Shown: piece after piece, positions 22,388 through 32,379 of the stretch
How positions within the stretch are numbered: the stretch's first letter is position 1
How the letters are laid out: the number at the start of each line of letters is the position of its first letter
IMG/VR virus record: IMGVR_UViG_3300037245_003366
Location: 1 to 49,813 of that record
DNA from: a virus
Direction: 5' to 3' (one strand)
DNA: 49,813 nucleotides
Made by a program: the position numbers and the translations under genes
Notes under the pieces: generated by a model
The model's input: only the letters and a program-made list of their open reading frames with translations
What the model was told of the DNA's origin: nothing
Databases searched by the model: none

Positions 22388-22609
22388 ATGAAAATATTAA
22401 GAGTATTAGAATATGAGGGAACAGCAGAATTTATTGCAAATAGCCTTAAAAATCGGAGTGTGAAAGTTAGGTATGAAATACCTGATGGTGTAATACGGGA
22501 AGCAATTCTTGGAACTTTTGAGGATCTTTTTTTACAATTTACAAAAGAAAATTGTGATGTTTGTAATTATCCACATTCAATGTGTATTTGTGAAGGAGGT
22601 GGGATATGA
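22388..22609 (+). CDS. Paralog of the N-terminal half of 20598..20948, with a C-terminal Cys cluster instead of an HTH (73 aa)
   Basis: MKILRVLEYEGTAEFIANSLKNRSVKVRYEIPDGVIREAILG... then CDVCNYPHSMCICEGG. The first 35 nt are identical to 20598..20632. Confidence 0.55.
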   Translation: MKILRVLEYEGTAEFIANSLKNRSVKVRYEIPDGVIREAILGTFEDLFLQFTKENCDVCNYPHSMCICEGGGI

Positions 22610-22983
22610 AAGTATTAAAAGCTGCACAAGTTTTAAGGGATTTTTATGATAAGAATAGGGCTGTTGGACATACTCAATTACTCCAACAAGGTATTGAAAA
22701 AGGTATTGAAGATAAAGAGTTTTTAGTTTTAGGTGCTCATGAGCACCAAGCAAGAATGCTTTGTAAAAGTAATAAGGAGCGAGCAATTCCTGTTTCAATT
22801 GAAAACTTGGGTATGAAATTGAAAGCAAAGAAGCTCCCTCTTGCCATTGATAATTCTTTTATGCATCAGTTTACCAGAGAGGTTGCTAAAGAACTTGAAG
22901 AATATAAAGAATTAAAACGCGAAGTGGTAGAACTGATTAAAGTATTTCAACCTAAGTTTAAGGAGTTCGACAATGAGGATTAA
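22606..22983 (+). CDS. Hypothetical protein (125 aa)
   Basis: ORF with GGAGGTGGG upstream; ATGA overlap. Confidence 0.55.
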   Translation: MKVLKAAQVLRDFYDKNRAVGHTQLLQQGIEKGIEDKEFLVLGAHEHQARMLCKSNKERAIPVSIENLGMKLKAKKLPLAIDNSFMHQFTREVAKELEEYKELKREVVELIKVFQPKFKEFDNED

Positions 22984-22986
22984 AAA

Positions 22987-24201
22987 ATGCCAAAAATCAT
23001 CTACCCCGCTCTTCAACATACCACTGACTTCTTCGAACTCTATCAATACATCTGCGGAATTAGTGAGATTCCTTCCGAATATCACTTCTGGTCATCACTT
23101 AGCATAGTCGCTGCATTAGCGGAAGATCATATCTGGTTTGAAAAATTCAAAGGAGAAAAGTTATACCCTAATCTTTATATGATATTAGTTGGGCCGAGTG
23201 GGTTAGGTAAGGGGGGAGCAATTAGCCAGGCTATCCGAGTGGCAGATAGCGCGGTGTATGTTAATCGGTATAGAGGGAAGCTGACGTATGCTCATTTAAT
23301 AGATAAACTCGGGAAGGCCAGTAAGGATGAATGGGGGAGGTTGGTTATAGCGAATCCGAGATTGTTTCTGGTTGCAGATGAATTGAGGAATTCGGTTGGT
23401 ACGAATCAGCAGTTGGTTACGGAGTTGATTGCCTTGTTGACTGAGTTATATACAGCGAGTGGATATACTTTACAAACAGGAACCAGGACGCATGGAAGTA
23501 TTGATATTACAAATCCTGTGGTTAATTGTTTGTTTGGGAGTACGGAGGACTGGTTGAGGTTTGTTATTACAAAGGATATTGCTCAGTCAGGATTCACGGC
23601 AAGAACTTGTTTTGTGTTCGGGAAATATGATTTTGAAAAGAAATGTCCGAGGATTATTTATCCGGATGATTATGAGGAAGTGTATGAGCATATTAAATGG
23701 CGACTCTGGATGATGCAGAATATCCGGGGGAGATGCGTGATGACGAGTAAGGCGGAGGCATTGGAAGATGAGTGGTATATTACAAGGCCAAATCCGAGTG
23801 AGGAGGCGTTGTATTCTACATGGAAAAGAAATCATGATTTGATGTTGAAATTTGCTATGTTGATGTCGTTGGCTGATAAAGGGGATTTGGTAATATGTCA
23901 TAGGCATTTAAAGAATGCTAAAGATATGGTGGATGTGGTTAACGGGCATACGATGAAGTTGATTGAGATGGCAAATGAGACGTGGGAGACGAAGCCGAGT
24001 AATGATATTATAGATTATATAAAAGAGAAGGGGAAGGTTAAGCACTCGGATGCGCTAAGATATTTCAGAACAAAAAAGGGAATGAACGCGAGCAGGTTTA
24101 AGGCTGCGGTATGGGATTTGAAACAGGAAGGGTTGGTGGAATTTGGGAAGAGTAAGACAGGTGGTGTGGTTTATACTTTAGCTATGAGGGGGAGGTTTTA
24201 A
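22987..24201 (+). CDS. DUF3987-like P-loop ATPase (putative replicative helicase or loader) with a C-terminal winged helix (404 aa)
   Basis: Walker A LVGPSGLGKGG, Walker B LFLVADEL, ..VNCLFGST..; the C-terminal ..AVWDLKQEGLVEFGKSKTGGVVYTL looks wHTH-like. Confidence 0.5.
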   Translation: MPKIIYPALQHTTDFFELYQYICGISEIPSEYHFWSSLSIVAALAEDHIWFEKFKGEKLYPNLYMILVGPSGLGKGGAISQAIRVADSAVYVNRYRGKLTYAHLIDKLGKASKDEWGRLVIANPRLFLVADELRNSVGTNQQLVTELIALLTELYTASGYTLQTGTRTHGSIDITNPVVNCLFGSTEDWLRFVITKDIAQSGFTARTCFVFGKYDFEKKCPRIIYPDDYEEVYEHIKWRLWMMQNIRGRCVMTSKAEALEDEWYITRPNPSEEALYSTWKRNHDLMLKFAMLMSLADKGDLVICHRHLKNAKDMVDVVNGHTMKLIEMANETWETKPSNDIIDYIKEKGKVKHSDALRYFRTKKGMNASRFKAAVWDLKQEGLVEFGKSKTGGVVYTLAMRGRF

Positions 24202-24416
24202 GCAAATCCTGCTTTAACGGCGACTCCGAGGATTAGAGAAACAAGTACAGCAATAAACCACCAAGCGCGTTTTATAGAGGCTGTGTTAACAGAACATTGA
24301 GCAACAAGTCCGTCTTTGCCTCCTAAAATATTGAATATTTCTTTTACAGTACCTTTTATCTCCTTAATATCATCCTTACTTTCTTCTATTTTATACTCAT
24401 TGAGTTCCTTGTTCAT
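24198..24416 (-). CDS. Tail-anchored membrane protein (72 aa), holin-like candidate
   Basis: Single C-terminal TM helix AWWFIAVLVSLILGVAVKAGFA. It is the last gene of the late strand and overlaps the convergent helicase gene by 4 nt. Confidence 0.35.
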   Translation of the reverse strand: MNKELNEYKIEESKDDIKEIKGTVKEIFNILGGKDGLVAQCSVNTASIKRAWWFIAVLVSLILGVAVKAGFA

Positions 24417-24427
24417 GTGAGACTCCT

Positions 24428-27055
24428 TTAGAACATGAGAGGGTTAGGTCGGCGTGGTTCTTGTGGTACCTGCATGATATCAATTTCTTCTTTCGGATCT
24501 TCAAGAAAAGGTAATCCGAGTGCAAACATTCTTGCACCCATTCGTTTTGCTGTTTCTTCTGTAAATTGTTGATTGTTAAAGGACTTTGCAAAATCTCGTG
24601 CTATATCCGGATCATACAATGCCTCCCTCATCATATCATTCATATTTATACGAGCGCGTCCGTAGAGGATAGATTTACCCATCTCAAATACTAAATAAGA
24701 TTTTGAAAGTCGTCCTGTTTTAAGGGCATAAAGACGTGATCCTGCCTGGGGAAATCCCATCCCAAATGCAGCTTCGAGTTGTTCCAAAGGAGCAGGGATG
24801 TGGGCGATACCTTTTGGATGTTTTATTGTTTCTGTTATTGCTCGGGCGTAGACAACATCTCCCATGTGGGTGATATGTTCAGGAGTGAATACTTTTATGA
24901 GTGATTTTACGTTATCGGTGTAAAATTTCAATGTCTCAACAGATGTGCCGCTTGACATTTTATCCCATATGTTGCGTTGAAGTCCTGTGAGAGCTTCTTT
25001 ATCTCGGCGGATCGAATTTACTAGAGTGGACATTTTTTTAGGGTTTTTTAACGCGGCAGTTATAACTTGATCAGCTGTTTGATCTCCAATAGCGAATTTT
25101 TCCAGTTGTTTTGCAAGTGAGTTATTTTCAATTCGTCGAGCTCGTTTACCGAGTTGGATCTGGCGATCAGTTAAGATTCGTTGAGTGGATTCAAGTACGC
25201 CGACTTTTTGATTAATAGAGGGAAGTTCCTTCAATACCGGATCTTTTTTTCTTCTCCAGTTTGCGAGTTTTTTATCGTCAATTATCCCCTCTGGTGCGAC
25301 ATTAGCGCGGAGGTCGTCAAGGACAGAATTTTCTAAATTCGCCATCATGTTAGGATCATCAGCGAAGATTGTGTTGTATTGGCGAGCAGCGGATTGATTA
25401 TCGAGAAAGAGTTGGGCGGTTGATTCGTCGCGGGTGCGAAAGAATCCTGTACCGTCTTTGTTACGTGCTTGAAACATTGCACCGCTTTCGAAAGGAATAA
25501 TATACTCATCATAGTATGTTTTGCGGAAACTTTTCCAATCCTCTCCAAGTGTGCCTCCTACATCATCAAAAAAATCATCTACATCTTTTTTTAGGAGATT
25601 GAGAGTGCGAACTTTCCCTCTTTTGGGGTTGGAAGAAGCTAATTCATCCATGATATCATCGTTGATGTTTTCACGGATTGCTTTGATGTCTTGGAATGTG
25701 GTTAGGTCGGCTTCGTCATTGATTATTTGTTTTAAAATTTCCGGATAATTTTCTTTCGATCCACGGAAACGACTCTTTGGCGCATAGGCTTCTTCGAGTT
25801 GTTTTTGAAATACCTTGAATTCTCCGGTAAATTCTGCGTCGGCAATATTGAGGTCTTGGGCGTGGGCAGACATTTCAGCACTACGGACTGATCGAGCTTC
25901 TGAGATGCCATCTCGGAGAGCTTGTCCATTTTGGATTTTATCGATAGTTGGGAGGTTGTTTGCGAGGTCTTCCTTTTTTTGGACAACTTTGCCTGCGACT
26001 TTTTCTATTTTAGCTCCGATGGTGCGAAAGCGTTTATCGGACTCATTTACAACATATTCTATGCCGGTATCTACATCATTGAAAGGTTTACGAGCGAAGT
26101 CAGTTATTGCTTTGTCGTTTGTTTCTCTTCGGGCAATTGATTCATCGAGGAATTTCCCGGTTGCCTGGTCTTCTATGAATTCTTGTTGTAGGAGAAGAGC
26201 TTTATTCTTGGATGCCTCTGCTATTGAAGGTTTGAAGCCGGGGATTTTTTCGGAAAGGCGTTCCGCTTCTTGAATTTGCTGACGTGTTTTGTCGTCCATG
26301 TTGGAACCGATGATTTTACTCACAACGGCCTTGGATGCCTTTGTTTGACCTTTGGTTGAAAAGCGGCTCGTCAGGCGGCGGGTAAGTCGGGCGATCCAAG
26401 CTGTAGGAGTTTGGGCGAGGAGGGTTGGGGCGATGCCTCCAACGATTTGTCCTGTTGTTTCGGCTACTTGGGACTCAGGGAATTCTTCTTGGGCTATTCC
26501 GGCTCCAACACCTGCTCCAACTGCGGCTGCTGTCTCTCCTGCGGTTGTAGCAAGAGGGGCCTTTGAGATTGGGTCAAGAAGGGTTTTACGGACAAAACCT
26601 TTACCTGTTTCTGTGGCAACGACAGCACCTCGTGCGGCTCGGAGCATTCCTCCCATGATAGGGACGGTTGCACCGAGTTCTTGACCTGCTCGACTTACAA
26701 CGCGACCAACAGGGGTATCTGGGCCTTTAACGAATAAGTCACCTTTAATAGGGTAGTTACTTATAGGAAGTCTAAGAGGGCTTCCAGGTATCGTTGTAAG
26801 TTTACCTGCTTGACGTTGGAGCCATTTGCTTCCCATAAATTGTTCTTCTCTATCGAGACCGATAACGGAAAGAAGAGCATTAGTAAGATCAACAGGAGCC
26901 CCTATTGTTTGAGTAAGGCCGAGGTTGAAGCCGCCCCCGAAGCCGAATGTGAGGTCGGAAATATTTGATTTAGGCTCGGCATCTCCAAATTCAGCAAAAG
27001 AATCCGCTTCAGTTATAGGATCGTCTACATCTTTAAATTCGTTAAAGTCACCCAT
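24428..27055 (-). CDS. Large internal virion or ejection-like protein (875 aa)
   Basis: Size, position after the tail genes, Gly-rich N-terminus and long helical regions. No family recognised. Confidence 0.4.
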   Translation of the reverse strand: MGDFNEFKDVDDPITEADSFAEFGDAEPKSNISDLTFGFGGGFNLGLTQTIGAPVDLTNALLSVIGLDREEQFMGSKWLQRQAGKLTTIPGSPLRLPISNYPIKGDLFVKGPDTPVGRVVSRAGQELGATVPIMGGMLRAARGAVVATETGKGFVRKTLLDPISKAPLATTAGETAAAVGAGVGAGIAQEEFPESQVAETTGQIVGGIAPTLLAQTPTAWIARLTRRLTSRFSTKGQTKASKAVVSKIIGSNMDDKTRQQIQEAERLSEKIPGFKPSIAEASKNKALLLQQEFIEDQATGKFLDESIARRETNDKAITDFARKPFNDVDTGIEYVVNESDKRFRTIGAKIEKVAGKVVQKKEDLANNLPTIDKIQNGQALRDGISEARSVRSAEMSAHAQDLNIADAEFTGEFKVFQKQLEEAYAPKSRFRGSKENYPEILKQIINDEADLTTFQDIKAIRENINDDIMDELASSNPKRGKVRTLNLLKKDVDDFFDDVGGTLGEDWKSFRKTYYDEYIIPFESGAMFQARNKDGTGFFRTRDESTAQLFLDNQSAARQYNTIFADDPNMMANLENSVLDDLRANVAPEGIIDDKKLANWRRKKDPVLKELPSINQKVGVLESTQRILTDRQIQLGKRARRIENNSLAKQLEKFAIGDQTADQVITAALKNPKKMSTLVNSIRRDKEALTGLQRNIWDKMSSGTSVETLKFYTDNVKSLIKVFTPEHITHMGDVVYARAITETIKHPKGIAHIPAPLEQLEAAFGMGFPQAGSRLYALKTGRLSKSYLVFEMGKSILYGRARINMNDMMREALYDPDIARDFAKSFNNQQFTEETAKRMGARMFALGLPFLEDPKEEIDIMQVPQEPRRPNPLMF

Positions 27056-28596
27056 TATCTTACCTTTAATTTTCCATCAGGAGTGGTAAAGTGTGTTCCT
27101 GGTTTGAGGGCTCGGGCCTCCTCTACGGATTGAACGCGGATTGGTGCGCCGAGAGTTACAAGGAAGTTTTCTATGTTATTTGACGCTTCGAGTGCGTCTT
27201 GTCGGGCGGTTACAGGGAGGGAGGTGTCTCGGGAAGCGCGGCGTTCATCAAGAACGCGTTGGCGTAGGAAGCCGTCGATTGCAATTATACGATTACGCAT
27301 GAGCTTTGGGTTATCGAAGATAGCTGGTGCGAGTTGAATCTCATCTCGAAGGCGGTTGATTTCACCTACCGGAAAACGGGGGTTGATGGAGAGGGCTCGG
27401 ATTAGGTTATTTTGGGCGGCTGTGACGAATTGACGTGCCTGAGCTGTGGCTTCAGCGACGGGGAGTCCGACGGCTCCTGTAACGGTTGAGATAGCTTGCA
27501 TAGCAGCGGATTTCGGGCCGGTAGCGAGATCGGTTAGGTTCCAGACTGTTATTGGAGGACGGGCAGGGTTAGGTTTTTCATCGGTGGCCCCTGCTTGCGC
27601 TGAAAGTGCTTTTTCTGTGTTGTTTACGGTGTCTACGATTGTTTTTTCTCCTGTGACGGGACTTTGCATTATTTTTAAAGTACCAAGAGCAATTCCAGTG
27701 GCATCTTCAGTTGTTATGCTTGGGAAAGTGCTTTGGAGAGTGTCGATTGTACGTTGGTGCTCAGAGATTTTCTCTGCTTCCTGGGCGGCTTTAACTTTAC
27801 CTGCCTGGGATACTTCTTCAGCTGGTGTAAGTTGAGTTTGACCGAGAGTGTGTGTGCCGATTTCCTTTCCAAGAGCATCAATTCCAGTGATTTTCGTGAT
27901 TCCTGTTTTGACATTGGTGGAGGTTTTGAAGGTGTTGGCTCCAAGGGTTATAAGGATGGCAGCTTGCTTTTTGTCTTCTTTAGGAAGATTGTCGAATGTT
28001 TTGAGTTTAAGGTCATCAAGAGTCCGACGTGCTATATGGAGACTTGGTTTGCCGGTGCTGCCGATTGTGATGTCCCGGACGATAAAATCTCCTTCACGGC
28101 GTGGTTCTGATATGGGGGTGGGGGATAGATTTGGTGAAGGTTGAGGAGGACCGCCATCTTTAGGAAGCATTACATTTGGTTCATCAAGTACAGTTTTATC
28201 ACCAAAGATATCAGCATCAACTGGTAAAGTTTCTTTTTGAGGGGTGGAAATAGGTGGCATACCAGGAGAAGCTCCAACAGGTGCAGGAGCGTTTCCGCTT
28301 CCTGCCATCATGGTACCCATTATATTATTAACAAAATCAGCCTGTTGCTTTTCTCTCTTTTCTGTCTCTGTTTCTATTCCTGCCGCTGCATCATACACAT
28401 CCATACCAATACCGAGGCGTTTAGCAATTGGACGATATCTATTAAGGCTTTCAGTATCGTTTTCTTTAGCTGCCGCTTCAATAAATTTAGTAACTGCGGT
28501 GATTTCTCTTTTTGTGGCAGGGTCTTCTTGCTCTTTTCCGCCTCCTTGCCTCGCCCCACTCATCGCAGAAGATAATAATTGTTGTAACATTGACAT
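27055..28596 (-). CDS. Internal virion-like protein (513 aa)
   Basis: Low-complexity P/G/T segments and coiled regions; adjacent to the other internal-type proteins. Confidence 0.35.
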   Translation of the reverse strand: MSMLQQLLSSAMSGARQGGGKEQEDPATKREITAVTKFIEAAAKENDTESLNRYRPIAKRLGIGMDVYDAAAGIETETEKREKQQADFVNNIMGTMMAGSGNAPAPVGASPGMPPISTPQKETLPVDADIFGDKTVLDEPNVMLPKDGGPPQPSPNLSPTPISEPRREGDFIVRDITIGSTGKPSLHIARRTLDDLKLKTFDNLPKEDKKQAAILITLGANTFKTSTNVKTGITKITGIDALGKEIGTHTLGQTQLTPAEEVSQAGKVKAAQEAEKISEHQRTIDTLQSTFPSITTEDATGIALGTLKIMQSPVTGEKTIVDTVNNTEKALSAQAGATDEKPNPARPPITVWNLTDLATGPKSAAMQAISTVTGAVGLPVAEATAQARQFVTAAQNNLIRALSINPRFPVGEINRLRDEIQLAPAIFDNPKLMRNRIIAIDGFLRQRVLDERRASRDTSLPVTARQDALEASNNIENFLVTLGAPIRVQSVEEARALKPGTHFTTPDGKLKVR

Positions 28597-28614
28597 TTTT
28601 TAGGCTCCTTGTTA

Positions 28615-29112
28615 TTAAGAACTTATCCCTAAAGCTCCACCTTTTTCTTTGCCTTTTGAACGAGTTGTAGTTGATCCTGGAATAGCTCCTGCATAGGCAC
28701 CCGCAGTTGTTTTTGTCTGTTCTTGAAGAAACCCTGAAATTAAATCCATAAAAGCTTGCATCATTTGAGATTGTGTATCTGAAGCTGCAATATTACCTTC
28801 AAGGCCGGTTTGTGCAAGTATCATTTCACCGAAGGGGGTTCCTGCCAGGCCGGTTTGAGCAAGGCGTTCTGTTGTTCCTGTTAAAGCGGTGCTTCCTGCT
28901 CGACGAGTTTGTTCGACTGCCTGAGACATGATAGGGATATTCGCACCTCTTCCCATAAGAGCTTCAAAGAGTTGGGCTATGAAACTTGTTCTTAATGGTG
29001 TGGTTTCATGTTGCAGTTGGTCTGCAAAAGTTGTAAGTCCACTTGCAGCGGGGCTAGTTGTTTCTTCCTTACCGCTGGAACCTGTGCTTCCGAGTGATAT
29101 TCCAACACCCAT
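28615..29112 (-). CDS. Gly/Thr/Ala-rich virion-like protein (165 aa)
   Basis: ORF in the late array; compositionally like podovirus internal proteins. Confidence 0.35.
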   Translation of the reverse strand: MGVGISLGSTGSSGKEETTSPAASGLTTFADQLQHETTPLRTSFIAQLFEALMGRGANIPIMSQAVEQTRRAGSTALTGTTERLAQTGLAGTPFGEMILAQTGLEGNIAASDTQSQMMQAFMDLISGFLQEQTKTTAGAYAGAIPGSTTTRSKGKEKGGALGISS

Positions 29113-29194
29113 ATTTTTTCTCCTTTTTTATATGTTTTTTGTAATATTGTATTCTATTTTCCTGTGAAAGTCAAGAATCTCAAGTTGTTCTAAA

Positions 29195-31147
29195 TTATCC
29201 ATTATCGAGTCCTTTTGGTATATGTTTTTCTATTATTATTTCATGTAATTCGAAGGGTGCTGTGCAATTTCCTTCTATTCGGATGCCGATTTTGTTCGCG
29301 GTGATGCCTATGGGGATTTCGATGAGGGATCTAGAAGCTGATTGGACTTTTCCTATGACAGTTTCAGTATTATCATGGATGAGAGTGATAGTGTATATTA
29401 CTGAAGTTGTTAGAATATCAAGAATTATATATTGAAGAATACTGCTTTTATGATCATCTGGTTTAAAATGAGGAAATTCAAGAGAGATAGGGAAGGAGGA
29501 GTTATTATCTTTAAGAATTCCTTCTTTCTCATATTCTACCATTTCAGAAGAGAGGGTTGTGGCAATTTGTTTTGTCTCTTTATTATAGAATATTGCGTTG
29601 AATCCTACACCAAGATCACGCCAACGGTTGCGGCCTGTGTCGAAGGCAATAGATTGGGAGCCGTCTGTTATGATATACTCATCCCGGCAGTAGGCAGCGA
29701 CTGTTGATGTGAAGGAGGTAAGATCGCCTCGGGATTCCCCGCGAAAGATACGCTCAACGGAACCAGGTTTTACGATTGTGGATTGGGTTCCGTTGAAGAG
29801 GCGGATACCGTCAGAAGCTTCATAGAAGATACCATTAGGGGTTGGGACTACTGAATCGGGGTTGGTAGTTCCAGGGCATCCTTTTATACGGCGAGAGATG
29901 TAGGGGTTTGTGCCGTTTATGAGAAATATGCCGGACTCTGAAAAGGCACAAAGTTGAGTTTGAAAAGCTGTTATAGTCTGTATAGGATCGTCGTCTGAAG
30001 ATACTTCCACAAAACCTTGGATAGATTCAGCGCGGCCTATTGGGGAGTAGAAGACACGACCACGTTGGCCTGATTGAGAGGATGTGATCCAAAACATTGA
30101 AGCGTTATGAGGACCGAAACATTTTGTGAGGTAGTCAAAGGGTTGGAGGTTGTCAGTGGGGAGTTCAACGGAAGAAAGGGAGTCAGTTCCGTCGTCTGTG
30201 TAAGTCCCTGTTCCTGTATCTATTTCAGTAAGGAGAAAAAAAGCATTCCCATCTACAACTGTACGCCAGATTTCTATTTTATCTATTTGAGAGTCAATTC
30301 CTGAACCATCAGGCATTCCAGTAATTACGTTATATTGGAAAAAAGTTGTAGCTGAAACAGTTGTACTTCCGTTTGATCGGTGGCCTGTTGTGGAATTTTT
30401 GTATGTTATTTTATATTGATAAGTTCCATTTGTAAGGAGGTCAGTTGAGGCAGTATATTGAACGTAGCCAGCAGCTTTTGTATCAGGATCGGTTCCGTCT
30501 GTAAGTCGTACATAGATTGTATTATAACCAAGGGTGTCGTTATCCCCGTATCCATAACCGGGAACGGGCAAGGAACTAAGAGCTCCAAAAGCTATTGAGA
30601 TGGAATTTTCAAGTACATTTGTAGGGGTGGGAAGTGATGGATCTCCACCAGCTGCAAGTTCACAATAATACTCATCTGTTCCAAGAGCTGAAAGTGTCCA
30701 TTTATAAGTTGCACTTCGAATTGAAATATATACAGGATTGGTTGCTGTTACGTTAAAAAATCCAGAAACAGGGGGGAGAAATCCCCAATCTGTGACGTTT
30801 CCGGAAGAATCGGATTTGAAAAGTTCTCCGCCTCCAGCGACGAAGAGATAATCGGGAATTCCGGCAGTGGGGGGCATTTTTGAGAAGGAAAGGCGGTTTC
30901 CGTTGAGGCCAGTTTTTATTGACGCAGCTGCTCGGTATAATTTAGTAGATACACCTGAAAAATAAACATCACCGAAATAGAAGATAGAATGGGCATCGAG
31001 ATCAAAGAGAAGTGATGAACCATCTCGAGAACGTACAGAGCCGAGAGAAAGAGGGTGAATGCCCCGGTAACGGAAGCAGGAGCCTTCCGGGAGTTTGTCG
31101 AGGGAAGGTCCGAGGATAAGGCCGGTGTCGAAGTTATTTATATTCAT
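29195..31147 (-). CDS. Large tail structural protein (650 aa; nozzle or tubular-B-like by position)
   Basis: All-beta-looking sequence lying between the fibre and the internal proteins. Confidence 0.4.
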   Translation of the reverse strand: MNINNFDTGLILGPSLDKLPEGSCFRYRGIHPLSLGSVRSRDGSSLLFDLDAHSIFYFGDVYFSGVSTKLYRAAASIKTGLNGNRLSFSKMPPTAGIPDYLFVAGGGELFKSDSSGNVTDWGFLPPVSGFFNVTATNPVYISIRSATYKWTLSALGTDEYYCELAAGGDPSLPTPTNVLENSISIAFGALSSLPVPGYGYGDNDTLGYNTIYVRLTDGTDPDTKAAGYVQYTASTDLLTNGTYQYKITYKNSTTGHRSNGSTTVSATTFFQYNVITGMPDGSGIDSQIDKIEIWRTVVDGNAFFLLTEIDTGTGTYTDDGTDSLSSVELPTDNLQPFDYLTKCFGPHNASMFWITSSQSGQRGRVFYSPIGRAESIQGFVEVSSDDDPIQTITAFQTQLCAFSESGIFLINGTNPYISRRIKGCPGTTNPDSVVPTPNGIFYEASDGIRLFNGTQSTIVKPGSVERIFRGESRGDLTSFTSTVAAYCRDEYIITDGSQSIAFDTGRNRWRDLGVGFNAIFYNKETKQIATTLSSEMVEYEKEGILKDNNSSFPISLEFPHFKPDDHKSSILQYIILDILTTSVIYTITLIHDNTETVIGKVQSASRSLIEIPIGITANKIGIRIEGNCTAPFELHEIIIEKHIPKGLDNG

Positions 31148-31188
31148 TTTTTACCTTTATGCATAAAAATCAAGTGTTTTATCTTTTT

Positions 31189-32379
31189 TTATATTCTATT
31201 TATTCTTATGTTAGTTCCCGCTGATGTGAAGTTGTTTGTGTTTGATAAATTCTGTGCGACAAAAGATAGTTTTTGTCCTGCCGTTAAGCTTAGGTAAAAT
31301 CCTCCCCCCATATTTCCTCTGTCTGTTGTATTAGCGAATTTTCTTGATGGTTTTCCTTTATTAACTAATTGGTCGTCTATAACTGCTGTAAATTCAAATG
31401 AAGCAGATCCTACTGACCCATTCCCAGAAAACCAGCCGTTAAAATTATATATCCCATCGACTGGTACTTCTAGATTATCTCCTACAATAGCAAAACCTGT
31501 ACCATCTCCGGTAAACGCGGCTGTTACATCAAAATGAGTGGTGTCGGCTACTGCTGTTATCATGTGCTGTATATCATATCCGGTTCCACCCACAAATGAA
31601 GTCGGGTCGCCTACATCAAACCCATGTGGTGCATCTGTTTCAATGGTAATATCCGATCCATTTTGAACAATTGAGATAATTGTTGCTATCCCTCCCTCAT
31701 CTCTAATAAAATCGCTACATTCCCCCTCAGTTAACCCAAACGCAGGATGCCAAACATCTTTTGTAATTATTGTAATCGTTCTTTCTTCATCAATATATGC
31801 TTCACAATAGTATTTTTGATTACGGACACCACTTACAGTTGAATCGCCTGTTATAGTAGTATCTTGATTAAGCCTAATCCCTATATCTGCATCAAAATCA
31901 AGATATCCATCATCTTTAGATTGAATAAATATGTCGGCATCTCTAAATATTATTTTGCCACTTGTCGGTATAAAAAGATTTGCAAAAATAGGACTTGCAC
32001 CAGTGTGAATATCTTGAGGAAGTGAGAGTTTTACCTTTCCTCCTGAGATGCTTGCTACTAAAACTTGATTTAATGTTTGAGTAATAAAATTTGTTAAATC
32101 AAGAACTGAAGCGAGTTTGATATCATCATCTGTCTGGACAATCCGGTTTACAACTAAATCTGCTTCACCTTTTTCAACAATTTGATCGAAGTTTGGAGCA
32201 TCTAAACCATCTGAGGCCGTTTTGACGTTCGTGAGTTTTGTGTTATTAAGAGAGATATCATCTCCATCATTTGACATATGATTCAAACGGATAGAGAGGT
32301 CTTGAAAAATATTATTAAGCTCGGTAATTACACTTTTAAGATCAGGAGATTGGGATATTTCGTAGAATTCTCTTGGCAT
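31189..32379 (-). CDS. Tail fibre protein (396 aa)
   Basis: The N-terminal ..ISLNNTKLTNVKTASDGLDAPNFDQIV.. matches the common fibre motif (N.kI.nv..p....DAvN..q). The C-terminus is beta-rich and jelly-roll-like. Confidence 0.6.
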   Translation of the reverse strand: MPREFYEISQSPDLKSVITELNNIFQDLSIRLNHMSNDGDDISLNNTKLTNVKTASDGLDAPNFDQIVEKGEADLVVNRIVQTDDDIKLASVLDLTNFITQTLNQVLVASISGGKVKLSLPQDIHTGASPIFANLFIPTSGKIIFRDADIFIQSKDDGYLDFDADIGIRLNQDTTITGDSTVSGVRNQKYYCEAYIDEERTITIITKDVWHPAFGLTEGECSDFIRDEGGIATIISIVQNGSDITIETDAPHGFDVGDPTSFVGGTGYDIQHMITAVADTTHFDVTAAFTGDGTGFAIVGDNLEVPVDGIYNFNGWFSGNGSVGSASFEFTAVIDDQLVNKGKPSRKFANTTDRGNMGGGFYLSLTAGQKLSFVAQNLSNTNNFTSAGTNIRINRI

